Below, one piece after another: positions 26,208 through 38,586 of a DNA stretch of 64,000 nucleotides. The notes beneath the pieces are model-generated. The model saw only the letters and a list, made by a program, of their open reading frames with translations. It was not told the DNA's origin and ran no database searches. The stretch is from Octopus vulgaris (Eukaryota): positions 18,104,001 through 18,168,000 of the forward strand of contig OX597828.1 in the NCBI GenBank assembly GCA_951406725.2, given 5' to 3'. Positions within the stretch are counted from its first letter, which is position 1. The number at the start of each line of letters is the position of its first letter. The position numbers were made by a program, and so were the translations under genes.

Positions 26208-26860
26208 TATCATCTAAAACTGCTAACAACCTGTTGTTACCTGTGAGGCATTTCATTTACGTCAGCTCCATGCGCCATTTTTGGACAGCATTTTTACTTG
26301 GAATGAAAAATTAATCCGTCATGATAAGCATAAATTCTATCCTCTATAGATTAGTTATGGTGAGATTATCGACTTTACTCGCAGCAGATAAGAAACTTGC
26401 ACCCAAGACGGACCAGGTAAACCAAGGACTCGTGTATTACGAACTGTTACGCGATACTCGGATAACAGCAGTTGAAAGTTGCTGCCAACGAAAACTGTTT
26501 TTGGAAACAGATTTGGGTAATGAAAGAAGACAGAAAGAAAAAAAAACATGAATGAATAAATTAATGAATAAAGGAAGGAAGGAAGGAAACTAAATAAGAC
26601 ACACCCGTCTTAAAGAAACAGAAAAGGCATCATAATTCACGAAACTTTGTTCCGGACCACCACACCTTGCTCCGATTTTCATGATCCTGGTCCTCTACCT
26701 ACCACTATTTTCCATGGCGTGTGAAAAAATCCTCTAAATATCTTCTAGTGCTTTCTTTTAAACGAAAAGTGAGAACAACGACTAATACGAATGGCTTCGT
26801 TTGAACGGATAACGTAAAATGGTGGCAATAAGTATTGCTGTACATGTAATGTTACGCTTT
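25198..26860 (+). pseudogene. Highly decayed mariner-like transposon interrupted by SINE C
   Basis: Collinear residual peptides IRHVMLYEF (about 25397), FLDSIFTWNEKLIRHD (about 26279, cf. FLDRIVTGDEKW), LVYYELL..TRITA..CCQ (about 26429) and a YHYF remnant (about 26700). Confidence 0.6.
25710..26207 (+). mobile_element. SINE family C, full length
   Basis: GCGCAGGAGTG head, CORE-like CACCTTGGG.AAGTGTCTTCT, internal (TA)n(TG)n, (GA)n tail; possible TSD TATCA at 25705-09 and 26208-12. Confidence 0.93.
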
Positions 26861-26869
26861 ACCAAGTTC

Positions 26870-27086
26870 ACTCTTTTACTTGTTTCAGTCATTTGACTGT
26901 GGCCATGCTGGAGCACCGCCTTTAGTCGAGCAAATCGACCCCAGGACTTATTCTTTGCAAGCCTACTACTTATTCTATCGGACTCTCTTGCCGAACCGCT
27001 AAGTTACGGGGACGTAAACACACCAGCGTCGTTTGTCAAGAGATGTTTGGGAGGGGGGGCACAAACACAGACACACACACACACAA

Positions 27087-27123
<37 letters not shown>

Positions 27124-27278
27124 CACAACGGGATTCTTTCAGTTTTCGTCTACCAAATCCACTCACAAGACTTTGGTCGACACGAGGCTATAGTAGAAGA
27201 CACTTGCCCAAGGTGCCACGCAGTGGGACTGAGCCCGGGACCATGTGGTTGGTAAGCAAGCTACTTACCATACAGCCA
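26870..27278 (-). mobile_element. SINE family C, near full length
   Basis: Reverse-complement match to the 25710 copy. Confidence 0.92.
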
Positions 27279-27367
27279 AGAATCCGCAAAAATCTACATC
27301 TGCAACATTAGTTAGAATAAAACTCATTGGTAGAACGAACTTTCAATGGTTATCTCTAATATGGCGT

Positions 27368-27690
27368 AGATTCCCAGACCGGGCGTTGTGAGTGTTTATT
27401 GAGCGAAAACACCTAAAGCTCCACGAGGTTCCGGCAGGGATGGTGGTGATCCATGCTGTACTCTTTCACCACAACTTACTCTCACTCTTTCTTCCTGTTT
27501 CTGTTGTACCTGTATTTCAAAGGGCCGGCCTTGTCACTCTCTGTGTCACGCTGAATATCCCCGAGAACTACGTTAAGGGTACACGTGTCTGTGGAGTGCT
27601 CAGCCACTTACACGTTAATTTCACGAACAGGCTGTTCCGCTGATCGGATCAACCGGAACCCTCGTCGTCGTAACCGACGGAGTGCTTCAA
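27368..27690 (+). mobile_element. SINE family B, 5'-truncated
   Basis: GATTCCCAGACCGGGCGTTGTGAG...CGTCGTCGTAACCGACGGAGTGCTTC. Confidence 0.9.
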
Positions 27691-27772
27691 CCACATGTCT
27701 GCATAGATACTTGAAAGCTTTTCATTTCTGCATCGATCTTGTCATTGTGATAATAACAAGGAGAGAGAAATA

Positions 27773-28197
27773 AGGCGGCGAGCTGGCAGAATCGTTAGCA
27801 CGCCGGGCGAAATGGGTAGCCGTATTTCGTCTGCTGCTATGTTCTGAGTTAAAATTCCACCAAGGTCGACTTTGCCATTCATCCATTCGGGGTCAATCAA
27901 ATAAGTACCAGTTACGTATTGGGGTCGATATAATCGACTTAATCCGTTTGTCTGTCCTTGTTTGTTATCTCTATGTTTAACCCCTTGTCGGTAGTAAAAA
28001 AACAGAAAGAAACGTTAGCACGCCGAACTAAATGCTTAGCAGTATTTCATCTGTCTTTACCTTCTGAGTTCAAAATTTGCCGAGGTCGACTTTGCCTTTC
28101 ATCCTTTCGGGGTCGATTAAATAAGCACCAGTTACGCACTGGTGCTTATTTAACCAATCTACCTATCTGTCTGTCTGTTTTTCTCTCTCTCTCTCTA

Positions 28198-28228
<31 letters not shown>

Positions 28229-28281
28229 CTGTCCTTAGTTGTCCCCTTTATGTTTAGCCCCTGTGGGCAATAAGAAAATAA
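27773..28281 (+). mobile_element. SINE family A, dimeric copy
   Basis: AGGCGGCGAGCTGGCAGAATCG head; body repeated; (CT)n/(CTAT)n expansion in the second unit. Confidence 0.88.
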
Positions 28282-28900
28282 ATAACAATGAAACAGAGGG
28301 AGGACAAGAGAGAGAGAGAGAGTAAGTGAATGAGTTGGAAGTGTGTGAGAGAGGAAGGGATGGAGGGATGGGGATAGGGAGAGAGAATAGTGTAATAGAA
28401 AAGAAGAAAGAAAGATAACACGGTAGACAGAATCACAAGTTACAACAGATTCAAAGAAGGAAAGCAGAAAGCAAAGCAAAGAATTCAATGAGTTTTTGTT
28501 TGTTTTTTCTTTTGATATGCTGGAATTAAAGGGATTCATTTAAGACAGAAAAGGATCTGGGAAAATCGATGACAAAGGACTGCTGGATACTAGGGAAAGT
28601 TTCAAGAGAATGCAACCAGTTGAGAATGTATGAGACCTAAGGTGGTTTACGATCGACACCCAGACACCGCTTGTAATATGAATTATAATGTCAAGTTTGC
28701 TATTAAGAAACAGTTTATTGTTGCAAGCATATCAAACAATGTTAAGTCGATTTATTGGTAAATTAGGTTCTTTTCATAAAGCTATGCTGCGAGGGTCCCG
28801 AAAGATTTGGAGTGTTAAACATTGATAGAACTCTTCAAGGTGCTACTTACTCTGCAGAAAGGGTGAATACTCCAAAAGCTGGAACCAACAAGTAAAAGAG

Positions 28901-28953
<53 letters not shown>

Positions 28954-28967
28954 AACATCTGTCTATT

Positions 28968-29054
<87 letters not shown>

Positions 29055-29267
29055 GGAGGGAGACAGAGAGACAGATAGACAGACAGATAGATAGAGAGAG
29101 AGAGATAAACAGATAGAGGATAGATAGATACATACATAAGTATATTCAAATATATATTTATACATTCATGTATGTCAATACATCCATCCATCCGTCCATC
29201 CATCCATCCATACATACATACATACATACATACATACATACATACATACATACATACATACATACAT
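28968..29267. repeat. Compound (GATA)n/(CATC)n/(CATA)n microsatellite
   Basis: Direct inspection. Confidence 0.95.
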
Positions 29268-30789
29268 AGTGTAAAAGAAATTGTATCGATCTTTTGTTAC
29301 ATGTAACTTCTAGGCTTTGTGGTGGTGATGATGCGGGCGGCGGTGGAAACGGTAAAATACGGATAATGATATTAATAGCAGCAATGATGTTGATAGACCT
29401 TCTAATGGTGATAATGGTTATAAATCAAGAAATAATCGCTGGCGAGAATGCAATGGCGGTTGTCGATGAAGAAATAATATTTGAGGTAGCTGTCGCAGTA
29501 TCGGTCTTATTGCTACAAGAAGTGTGATGTGGTTTTATTGATAAATGTAATAAATGTACTAGCTGTGGATCTCGTTTTAGATAACAATAGTGTTACTGGG
29601 TCTCAGCGATGGCAAAGTTGATAACTAGCTGTCCAGCAAATAATCTAATTGCAACAGTTTTATTGGGATTAAAGAAAGATTTACATCTCTTAAATAGATG
29701 CTCAAGAGATGCAGTCCGTTGATCCTTTCTCAGCTTCTGTATATTCCAACTGTATTTCTTCTATTAGCTGTAACTGTAAATTCTTCTCTACGAACTAAAA
29801 ATGCATGGTTTGCAATTTTCAATATGCAGAATTTATATCGTGTTAGTTTATTTTATGATTTCATCGGTTAAACGCTGTTTCCTATGCTAACAGAGAAATA
29901 TCACAAGAAAGGCTCCCGGATTGTTATTGCAGGTCTATAATCAAATTCGTTCCATCCGTGACAACTCCGGTTTCGCTTTCCACTATAAACGATGTGTCCA
30001 GGACAATATTATGAAACGTCATTCCTTTTTTGATAACCGAGTATGATTTGAGACTGATTTGCTTGCGCGTTCTAGCACATCGACTGACTGTGTAGAGGCG
30101 CTTTACTCGGTGATACAGAATGTAGATGATGCACTTTACATTGAGAATTGTGTATTCGAAGAACTTGTTTAAGCTTCTCCATTCAAATCTCAAACAAAGC
30201 TCTTTCGACACAATTTAAATAGACACCTCTTGGTACTCAACCGAGAAACCACCTTATGTGGTCGATTTTGATCGTTCTAGAAATAGTATCAACATATCCG
30301 TCAAACTAGACCTTCTCGTTGTAGGAAACGAAGGCTGCGTGGGGAAAATAAATCGTGATGAGACAACTGGGTGAATCTGCCTGGGCGCTGAATACTTGTT
30401 ACGGCTGACTGGATATTCAACCAGCTTTTTGGACGGAACGTTTTGGCGTTGGAGACAAGCTGGTCACACACACACAGAAACACAAACAGATAAAGACACA
30501 TAAGCACACACACACAAATACATACACATATACACACATACACACATACGCATGTAAACACAGAAATGTACACATACAGATAATGAAAATGAGTGGAAGA
30601 GAGAGAGTGAGAGAGAGACAGATAAACATAATTTTCTAATTGTGCATGATTGCACAATTGTTTCTTCTCCTAATACACATAATAAGAAAATGCTTACAAT
30701 CATAAACAAAAAGAGAGAGAGAAAGAGAGAAAGAGAGAGATCAGAGAGAGGGAAAGAGAGAGGAAGAGAGAGAGAGAGACAATATTTTA

Positions 30790-31480
30790 CCGTTTGACAG
30801 CAAACAAGCCAGCGTCGAAGAAGCAACACCAAATAGAAGGCGCCAGAAAAGCTGTGCCAAAACATTTCATATCCCATACATACGACTAGACACATTTTCA
30901 GAGAAAAAACGTGTGAGCATGTCACGGATGGAAGGTCTTAGATCCTACGCCTAGCCGATCAGTGTCGACCGGGATCCATAAAACAGCAGCAACTCTGCTT
31001 GATGATTAAGCAAAAATTCTAGTGTTCTCACAGATCATGCATGAGTAAATGAATGCATTTGTTGCAGATGCAGGCAACGGAGTATTGGCTGAACAATCTG
31101 CATCAAGACGACTTGCATTCGCTTTCTGAAAAATAAAAAGAAAATTACTGAAGGTATCGGGATCTCTGGCTACGGCTGCGATAAAGTAAACCAATATTTT
31201 GCATTATCCTTTTCTTTGGTAATATATTTAATGATAATATTCGACTGGATGAAGAGATGGAAGGAAAAGAAGAAAGCTGAAGCATTTCAAAGACTTTCAA
31301 CACGTTTGGGAATAATGATAATGAGGCGTAGTGTATGGAACGCAACAGAGCATGAAAAACAAATTTTAGCTCTAATGTTAGCTGTATTTTGTAGAATAAT
31401 GGACATTATAGGAAAAATATACAAGAAAGCTCAACGAATATATAATCTGACGAGTCAGAACGATCAAAATGCAATTGTCA
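30790..31480 (+). pseudogene. Possible decayed pogo/Fot1-like transposase N-terminal part
   Basis: Frameshifted peptides AKTFHIPY (psq-HTH-like), RRLAFAF (CENP-B-HTH-like) and QRIYNL-(D)ES (cf. RIYNxDETG) occur in the expected order. Confidence 0.4.
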
Positions 31481-31897
31481 AATAGGAATGTTTTCACAGT
31501 ACAAGGAAAACGAAAAGCTCGATTTTTTTCTTTTAAATGTAATTTGATTTAATCTAAGGATATCTTTCCAGGAATGGCTATGTGAGATTAATGAAATTGC
31601 ATCGGGCCTACGAGGAATTCTTAAATCACACCATATCGTGGAATATATCAAAGTCAATGGTCAGCTGAAGGTGTTAAACTCAAAGATGGATTACGTGTAA
31701 GAACTGCATAACAGGATAGATTTCTAAAGATTTTACTCGCTGAATTCAGCTCTCAAGGACTTTAGTTGCCTGAAAACCAGAGAATAAAACATTCCCCATG
31801 TTGTTATTCTGTAGTATCGAAACTGAACTTATGTAGATGCTATGCAATTTCCTTAGTAAAACAGAGTGTCTGTGACTAAAAATCCGTCGATATATTT

Positions 31898-32114
31898 CTA
31901 CTTTTCTACTCTAGACACAAGGCCTGAAATTTAGGGGAATGGGGCCAGTCGATTAGATCGACCCCAGTACGCAACTGGTATTTAATTTATCGATCCTGAA
32001 ACGATAAAAGGCTAAGTCGACTTCGGCAGAATTTGAACTCAGAACATAAAGACAGATGAAATACCGCTAAGCATTTCGCCCAGCGTGCTAACGTTTCTGC
32101 CAGCTCGCCGCCTT
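31898..32114 (-). mobile_element. SINE family A monomer with 12-bp TSD
   Basis: TSD GTCGATATATTT at 31886-97 and 32115-26. Confidence 0.93.
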
Positions 32115-32137
32115 GTCGATATATTTATTGTTTCTTA

Positions 32138-32349
32138 AGACAGTGAGTAGAGAGAACAGTTAGCTCGCCGGGGAAAATGCTTAGCGGCATTTCGTCCGTC
32201 TTTACGTCCTGAGTTCAAATTCCGCCAAGGTCGACTTTTTACTTCATCCTTTCGAGGTCGATAAAATAAGTACCAGTTTGTCAATGGAATCACTGTAATC
32301 GAGTTAACCCCTTCTTCGAGCTTGCTGGCCTTGTGCCAATTTTTGAAAC
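32138..32349 (+). mobile_element. SINE family A monomer with about 18-bp TSD
   Basis: CGATATATTT(A/G)TTGTTTC at 32117-34 and 32350-67. Confidence 0.88.
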
Positions 32350-32367
32350 CGATATATTTGTTGTTTC

Positions 32368-32812
32368 AAATGTGGCACATGGCTCGTTGAGTATCGCCTT
32401 TTAGGGGTAGGAGGTTAGCAATTACATCGTCTCCAGACTCCAATGTTTAACTGGTATTATATTTTATAGATCTCGAAGGGATAATTGGGAAAGTTGACCT
32501 CTACCGGATTTGAAATCAGAATGTAAAGAACCGGAAGAGATTCACTAAGCATTTTGACCGACGTAGTAAAGATTCTGAAAGATCGCCGCTTTGTACTTTC
32601 AAATGTTGGCTCAAGGACAGCAAATATAGTGCCGAAGAAGGTAAGTTAATTATATCGTAATCGGAGGTCACCTGGTACTTAATTTATCGACCCCGAAAGG
32701 ATCAAAGGTAAAGCTAACTACGGCGAAATTTGACCTCAGAATGTAGAAATTCGTAAGAAATGCCGTTAAGATCTTTGTTCGGCGCTCTAACAATTCTGCA
32801 AGTTCGATTCCT
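32368..32812 (-). mobile_element. Two older degenerate SINE family A copies in tandem
   Basis: CTGGTA.TT..TTTAT.GA...GAA.GGAT and TTTGA..TCAGAATGTA each occur twice. Confidence 0.65.
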
Positions 32813-33055
32813 TTGGCCAATATATTAATACAACTAGTTTACAGCGCACAGAATATCCAAGCCTATTTAAGTGTTATAAGAAAAATATTTAAACTCCAAA
32901 ATAGTAATTTACTTTAATTATATCGATACATAATGTTGGCATTTATCTATTAAAGGTACACATTTTTGACATTTATAGTATGTATGTACAATTATTATAT
33001 ACGTATTCACAACTTATGTGCGTGATAGCTAGATGCTGATAACTTAAGGCTTATA

Positions 33056-34223
33056 CAGGGGTTGGACAAAATAATGGAAACGCCTAGCATCTTGAATCAT
33101 AATTTTGAAATATCCATAAAACCGTCAAAAGTTTTTTTTTTCATTTTTATGATATTTGATTTATTAGTGTTGCTTAACATGTTTTGCTAAAATTGCTGCT
33201 TCTTTTCAGATATCATCAGAAAAAGGTAATTAAAATTCATTGAAATGACAGATCTATCGGACTTCCAAAGAGGTCGAATTGTTGATGCTCGTATGGCAGG
33301 CGCTAGTGTAACGAAAACAGGCGCAATGTTTGGTGTATCAGGAAGTAGTCTCGAAAGTAATGATAGCCTTTGAGAAAGAGGGAAAAACCTCCTCATCAAA
33401 ACAAAACTCCGGAAGAAACCCAAAACATTCAGATAGAGATCATCAGAATCTTATGCGAATTGTTAGAAAGGATCACAAAAGTACAGCTCACAAAATTACT
33501 GCAGAGCTTAATGACCACCTCGAGAACCCAGTTACCACGAAAACTGTTCGCCGGGAGCTGCACAAAACCGGATTTCAGGGGTAGGCAGCAATCAGAAAAC
33601 CACTACTTTCAAAAACAAACGTTGCAAAGCGTTTAGTGTGGAGTAAAAACCTACAAAATTGGTACCTAGAGACAGCCAAAAGAAGCATTTGACGCAGACT
33701 GCCTTCTTCCAATTGTTAAACACGAAGGAGGAACTGTGATGATCTGGTGGGGCTATATCTTGGAAATCCGCCGGCCCAATGGTTTCCCTTCATGGCAGAA
33801 TTAATAGTCAAGTCTAAGCATTTTATCTGATCAAATTCATCCTATCGTTGTGGAACTGTTTCCGGAGGGAAATGCAACCTTTCAGGATAATAATGCACCA
33901 ATTCACACAGCTAAAGTTGTTACTGAATGCCACGAGGAACATTCTAGTGAAGTTGAACATCTTATCTGGCTACCACAGTCCCCAAACCTCAATATAATTG
34001 AACATTTATGGTGCATTTTAGAAAAACAAGTAAGGAGTCGATATCCTGCACCATATCATCACTACAAGAGCCGGAGACTGTTTTAGCTGAAGAATGGGCA
34101 AAAATTCCTTTGGAAAACAATTCAAATTTTGTATGAGGCCATACATTATAGACTTCAAGCTGTAAATACTGCTAAAGAAGGTCGTACCCCATATTAAAAT
34201 AAAATTATTTTGTGCAACTCCTG
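33056..34223 (+). mobile_element. Tc1-like (DD34E) DNA transposon, defective
   Basis: TA flanks; TIR CAGGGGTTGGACAAAATAAT / ATTATTTTGTGCAACTCCTG; broken transposase inside. Confidence 0.93.
33245..34197 (+). pseudogene. Tc1-like transposase pseudogene
   Basis: MTDLSDFQRGRIV.., NSGRNPK (GRPR-like), TVRRELH, KPLLS, VKHEGGTVMIW, FQDNNAPIH, WLPQSPNLNIIEHLW; has frameshifts, stop codons and a deletion of the first-Asp (SDE) segment at about 33670. Confidence 0.9.
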
Positions 34224-34374
34224 TATATAAAACTGGTTATATATACAGCACAGTGGTTAAGAAGACAAATTTGTAAACACGTTGTTTTCGAGTTCAATCC
34301 CCCTCTGCGGTACACTGGGAAAAAGTCTTGTATTATGACCATAAGCCGAACAATTTTTGTGAGTGAATTCATTA

Positions 34375-34675
34375 GGCTTAGTTGTAAGGGCATTCGGCCC
34401 ACGATCGTAAGGTCGTGAGTTCAATTCCCGTTCTTGAGCAACACACTTTATTTCACGTTGCTCCAGTCCACTCACCTGACAAAAATGAGTAGTACCTGTA
34501 TGTCAAAGGGCCGCCTTTGTCACAATCTGTGTCACGCTGGATATCCTTGCGAACTACGTTAAGAGTACACGTGTCTGTGGAATGCTCAGGTATTTGCACG
34601 TTAATTTCACGAGCAAGCTGTTCTGTTGATCGTATCAGCTGGTACCCTCGTCGTCGTAACCGACGGATTGCTCCG
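34375..34675 (+). mobile_element. Chimeric SINE: family D-type tRNA/CORE-like head joined to a family B tail
   Basis: GAGTTCAATTCCC, TTCTTGAGCAA.ACACTTTATTTCACGTTGCTCCAGT (as at 61100-61140, minus strand), then CCTGTA..TCAAAGGGCCG...CGTCGTCGTAACCGACGG. Confidence 0.8.
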
Positions 34676-35400
34676 TCTTCTCTTCTTCTTCCTCTTCTTC
34701 TATACTTCCAGGGTACCCTCAAAATGATAACATTCTAGGAGCGTCGAAATAGTGGAACCATTAGAGTGTTGTAATACATGACTTGCACTTCTTGTGCCGT
34801 GTCTAGATTTTGAGCTCAAAACTAACCGTAGAATACCTGTAGTAAACTTAATTTATTAAGCAGTATAACAAAACTTCGTAACACGGGAGTGATTTGAATG
34901 CAGGATTTCATTTGCTACCAGCATATATTTCTCTAGAAAAGGTCTCATATATAAAGTTTCGCATTTTAACGTATGACATGTATTGATTGTGAAATGTGCT
35001 TCTGGTGATCACTGTATTTCATTATATAATCGCTGAATTCGCAAACTTTTATCAACACCGCTAAAATACTTTATAGAAAAATGTTTTCAGTATGTTTTAA
35101 ATAAAACTATGATGAATATATGCATGGATATAGGTATCTATGTATGCATCAATGTATTTATGTACATACGTATGTATGTATGTATGTGTTTGTGCATGTG
35201 TTTATTCATGCATCCCTATACACACACACATATGTATATGTGAATGAATTTACGTACAAACATATATATATACATTCATATATTCATTTATATATATATA
35301 TATATATATATGTATATGTATGTTGTTGCAAATATATGCGCAAGTGTGTGTATGTCTGTGTGTATGTATATATATATATATAATATATATGTATATATAT

Positions 35401-35444
<44 letters not shown>

Positions 35445-36004
35445 TATATGTATGCAGGTATATATGTAAACATACATATATATATATATATATGCGTATC
35501 TATGTAAATATGTGTATACAAATATGTGTGTGTATGTACGTATGTATGTATGTAGGAATACCATGATATGTCATATTATATCATATATCATATGCATACA
35601 ATATATATATTTATATATATATATATATATATGTATGCGAATCTCATACGTATAAAATCAATACAGATTTCATATGTGCAACATTTTGAACAAGTCGAAA
35701 AAGCTGAATATGTTTTGCTCCATTCTTAATCTGTTAAGCTGGAAGCAACACGTCAACTGGGCTATCTTGAGAGCAAACTAAGTCAGAAGTTTTATCTTTT
35801 GAAATCTCAGAGGATTGGTGAAATAATTTGAAGGCCAGCAGTCATTTTCTGTCGTTTTTTTTTTTTTTCGAGAATTCATTCCGAAATGCGACAATCATGG
35901 ACACATACACAAGTGTGGATACGTTTACACACAAACACACAATCCAAACACGTACCCACGCAAGCACTCAGACAGACACAGGCAAACAAATACGTGTACA
36001 CTCC

Positions 36005-36050
<46 letters not shown>

Positions 36051-37059
36051 CGCGTGTGTGTGTGTGTGTGTGTGAGTGTGTATGTGTGTATGTATATATA
36101 TGTATGTATATATATGTATATATATATATTTATACACATATATATAGATTATAACATATATATATATACATATATATATATACATGCACACACACACACA
36201 CATATATATATAAATATATACATATTTAATTTATCTACATACATATAATCGTATATACATATATGTATGTGTGTAGCGTATACACATACACACACGCAGA
36301 GACACATACATACGCACATAAATATGTATGTGCGTATATATGTGTGTTTCTATGTATAAATGTGTCTATGTATATATGTGTGTGTGCGCGAGCGTGCATT
36401 TTTACACACATCAATCACACACAAAAACACACAATTATTCTCATCGGGTCTCTTTATCTCTTCCCTTTCTCTATCTGCCTGTCATTCTATCTCACTCTCT
36501 CTCTCTCTTTCCCTCACCCTCTTCCCCTCTCCTCCTCCTCTCCCCCCTCTCCCTCTCTATCTCTCTATTGTCCATCCATCCCTCTTTAGCAGAAATATTT
36601 GCAGAGCAGCAGAAATTTTGCTGATACGAGAATTCGTACATCTTTCCCATTGTCGAATTGCTTGCAAGTACACACGCGTCTCCGAAAACACCGTGTTTCA
36701 GAAATACAGTTTCGTCTCTGCTATTGTCAACTTCACTGAGCATGAGGTTTAGTTTAAACCTTGCCTGATTTTCCCTTTTCACACATAGTTGCGGTCATTC
36801 AAATTCTCACCATGGCCCGACTGCTTTCTGCAAATCAATTCACTTTGACAGCGTTTAGTAGGGTCTGCTGAAAGTGCTGTTCCAGCCATTACCTTCAATC
36901 TGCAATAAAACGTAGGTAGATCAACTTATTAGATGTAAACGAAGGATATGCTAACATTACACTAATCTAGGACAGGCATAAGCGCCTCTCCTAAAACGTC
37001 TGAAGCCACTCCGTACACACACATATATATATATAAATACACACATACACACACACAGA

Positions 37060-37102
<43 letters not shown>

Positions 37103-37105
<3 letters not shown>

Positions 37106-37450
37106 TGTAGGAGTGGCTGTGTGATACGTAGTTTGCTTACGAACTACATGGTTCCGGGTTCAGTTTCACTGCGTGGCACCTTGGCCAAGTGTCTTCTACT
37201 ATAGCCTCGGGCTGTGTGTGTGTGTGTGTGTGTATGTATGTTTGTGTATCTGTGTTTGTCCCCCCAACATCGCTTGACAACCGATGCTGGTGTGTTTACG
37301 TCCCCGTACCTTTGCGGCTCGGCAAAAGACACCGATAGAATAAGTACTAGGCTTACAAAGAATAAGTCCTGGGGCCGATGTGCTCGACTAAAGGCGGTGC
37401 TCCAGCATGACCACTGTCAAATGACTGAAACAAGTAAAAGAGTAAAAGAG
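37103..37450 (+). mobile_element. SINE family C with an internal deletion
   Basis: AGGTGTAGGAGTGGCTGTGTG head; (AGTAAAAG)n tail. Confidence 0.9.
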
Positions 37451-37604
37451 ATATTTACATGCATACATACTTGTATATACATATACACATACATTCACGC
37501 AAATATGGAAGTATATGCTTATGTAAAATTTGTAAATTAATAGCAACTTTATATGTGGTAATAGAACGGGCTTATGATGTACATATTTATATAAATATAA
37601 ATAC

Positions 37605-37654
<50 letters not shown>

Positions 37655-37867
37655 ATATATATATATATATAATTATTACATTATATAAAAGGGCTTAGTA
37701 AAATAAATTACTTTGCCGCATACTGAACTCATTAGAAATAGCAGCTAAAAAACTTTTTAAAACTATTTCTAATACTTAAAGAAAACCTCTCTCGTATAGT
37801 GCTTGCTCAACTCAACTCACGAAAGTTTGGGGGTAAAGACATCAAAAAATCAAATGCAAAGGTTATT

Positions 37868-37919
37868 TGAGAACGTACGTTTCAAGATTAGTCAACACGA
37901 CACTTCTATCATCAGCTCA
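37868..37919 (-). ncRNA. Type I hammerhead ribozyme (left-arm mirror copy)
   Basis: Exact reverse complement of 38376-38427. Confidence 0.72.
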
Positions 37920-38375
37920 GAAACTCCTTGGTTTGGATTTGAAAACACTGAAAGTGAGAGCATACTTTCGGCTTCTCATCGCTTTCGAAGATCTGCTCGT
38001 AACTAACAGTGCCAACAAACTCAAATATGCAAGCGAAGAATTTCTGTTCTCCCCTTTCCACCAGCGTGGGTTAAAATCAGCAAACACTATGCTTATTTCG
38101 GTAAAATCCGAAGCATTAATTAGAGGGAGATTAATCTCCCTCTAATTAATGCTTCGGATTAATCTCCCTCTAATTAATGCTTCGGATTTTACCGAAATAA
38201 GCATAGTGTTTGCTGATTTTAACCCACGCTGGTGGAAAGGGGAGAACAGAAATTCTTCGCTTGCATATTTGAGTTTGTTGGCACTGTTAGTTACGAGCAG
38301 ATCTTCGAAAGCGATGAGAAGCCGAAAGGGTATGCTCTCACTTTCAGTGTTTTCAAATCCAAACCAAGGAGTTTC

Positions 38376-38427
38376 TGAGCTGATGATAGAAGTGTCGTGT
38401 TGACTAATCTTGAAACGTACGTTCTCA
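38376..38427 (+). ncRNA. Type I hammerhead ribozyme (right arm)
   Basis: Helix I TGAG/CTCA; CTGATGA 38380-86; helix II U.U then AGA/TCT and GTC/GAC; GAAA 38412-15; palindromic helix III ACGTACGT; GUU triplet. Confidence 0.72.
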
Positions 38428-38542
38428 AATAACCTTTGCATTTGATTTTTTGATGTCTTTACCCCCAAACTTTCGTGAGTTGAGTTGAGCAAGCACTATA
38501 CGAGAGAGGTTTTCTTTAAGTATTAGAAATAGTTTTAAAAAG

Positions 38543-38586
<44 letters not shown>

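Larger units (their letters stand above)
37746..38549. repeat. Near-perfect palindrome of about 800 bp (387/389-bp arms) between (TA)n tracts; probable Penelope-like pLTR foldback
   Basis: 37746-38132 is the reverse complement of 38161-38549 apart from a 2-bp indel; the centre carries a tandem 28-bp duplication (38133-60 = 38161-88). Confidence 0.95.

Noticed and set aside
37803-38492. Apparent duplicated gene pair (MLNSTHESLGVKTSK... on both strands)
   Set aside because: A by-product of the palindrome; non-ATG starts, a frameshift between arms and no recognisable domain
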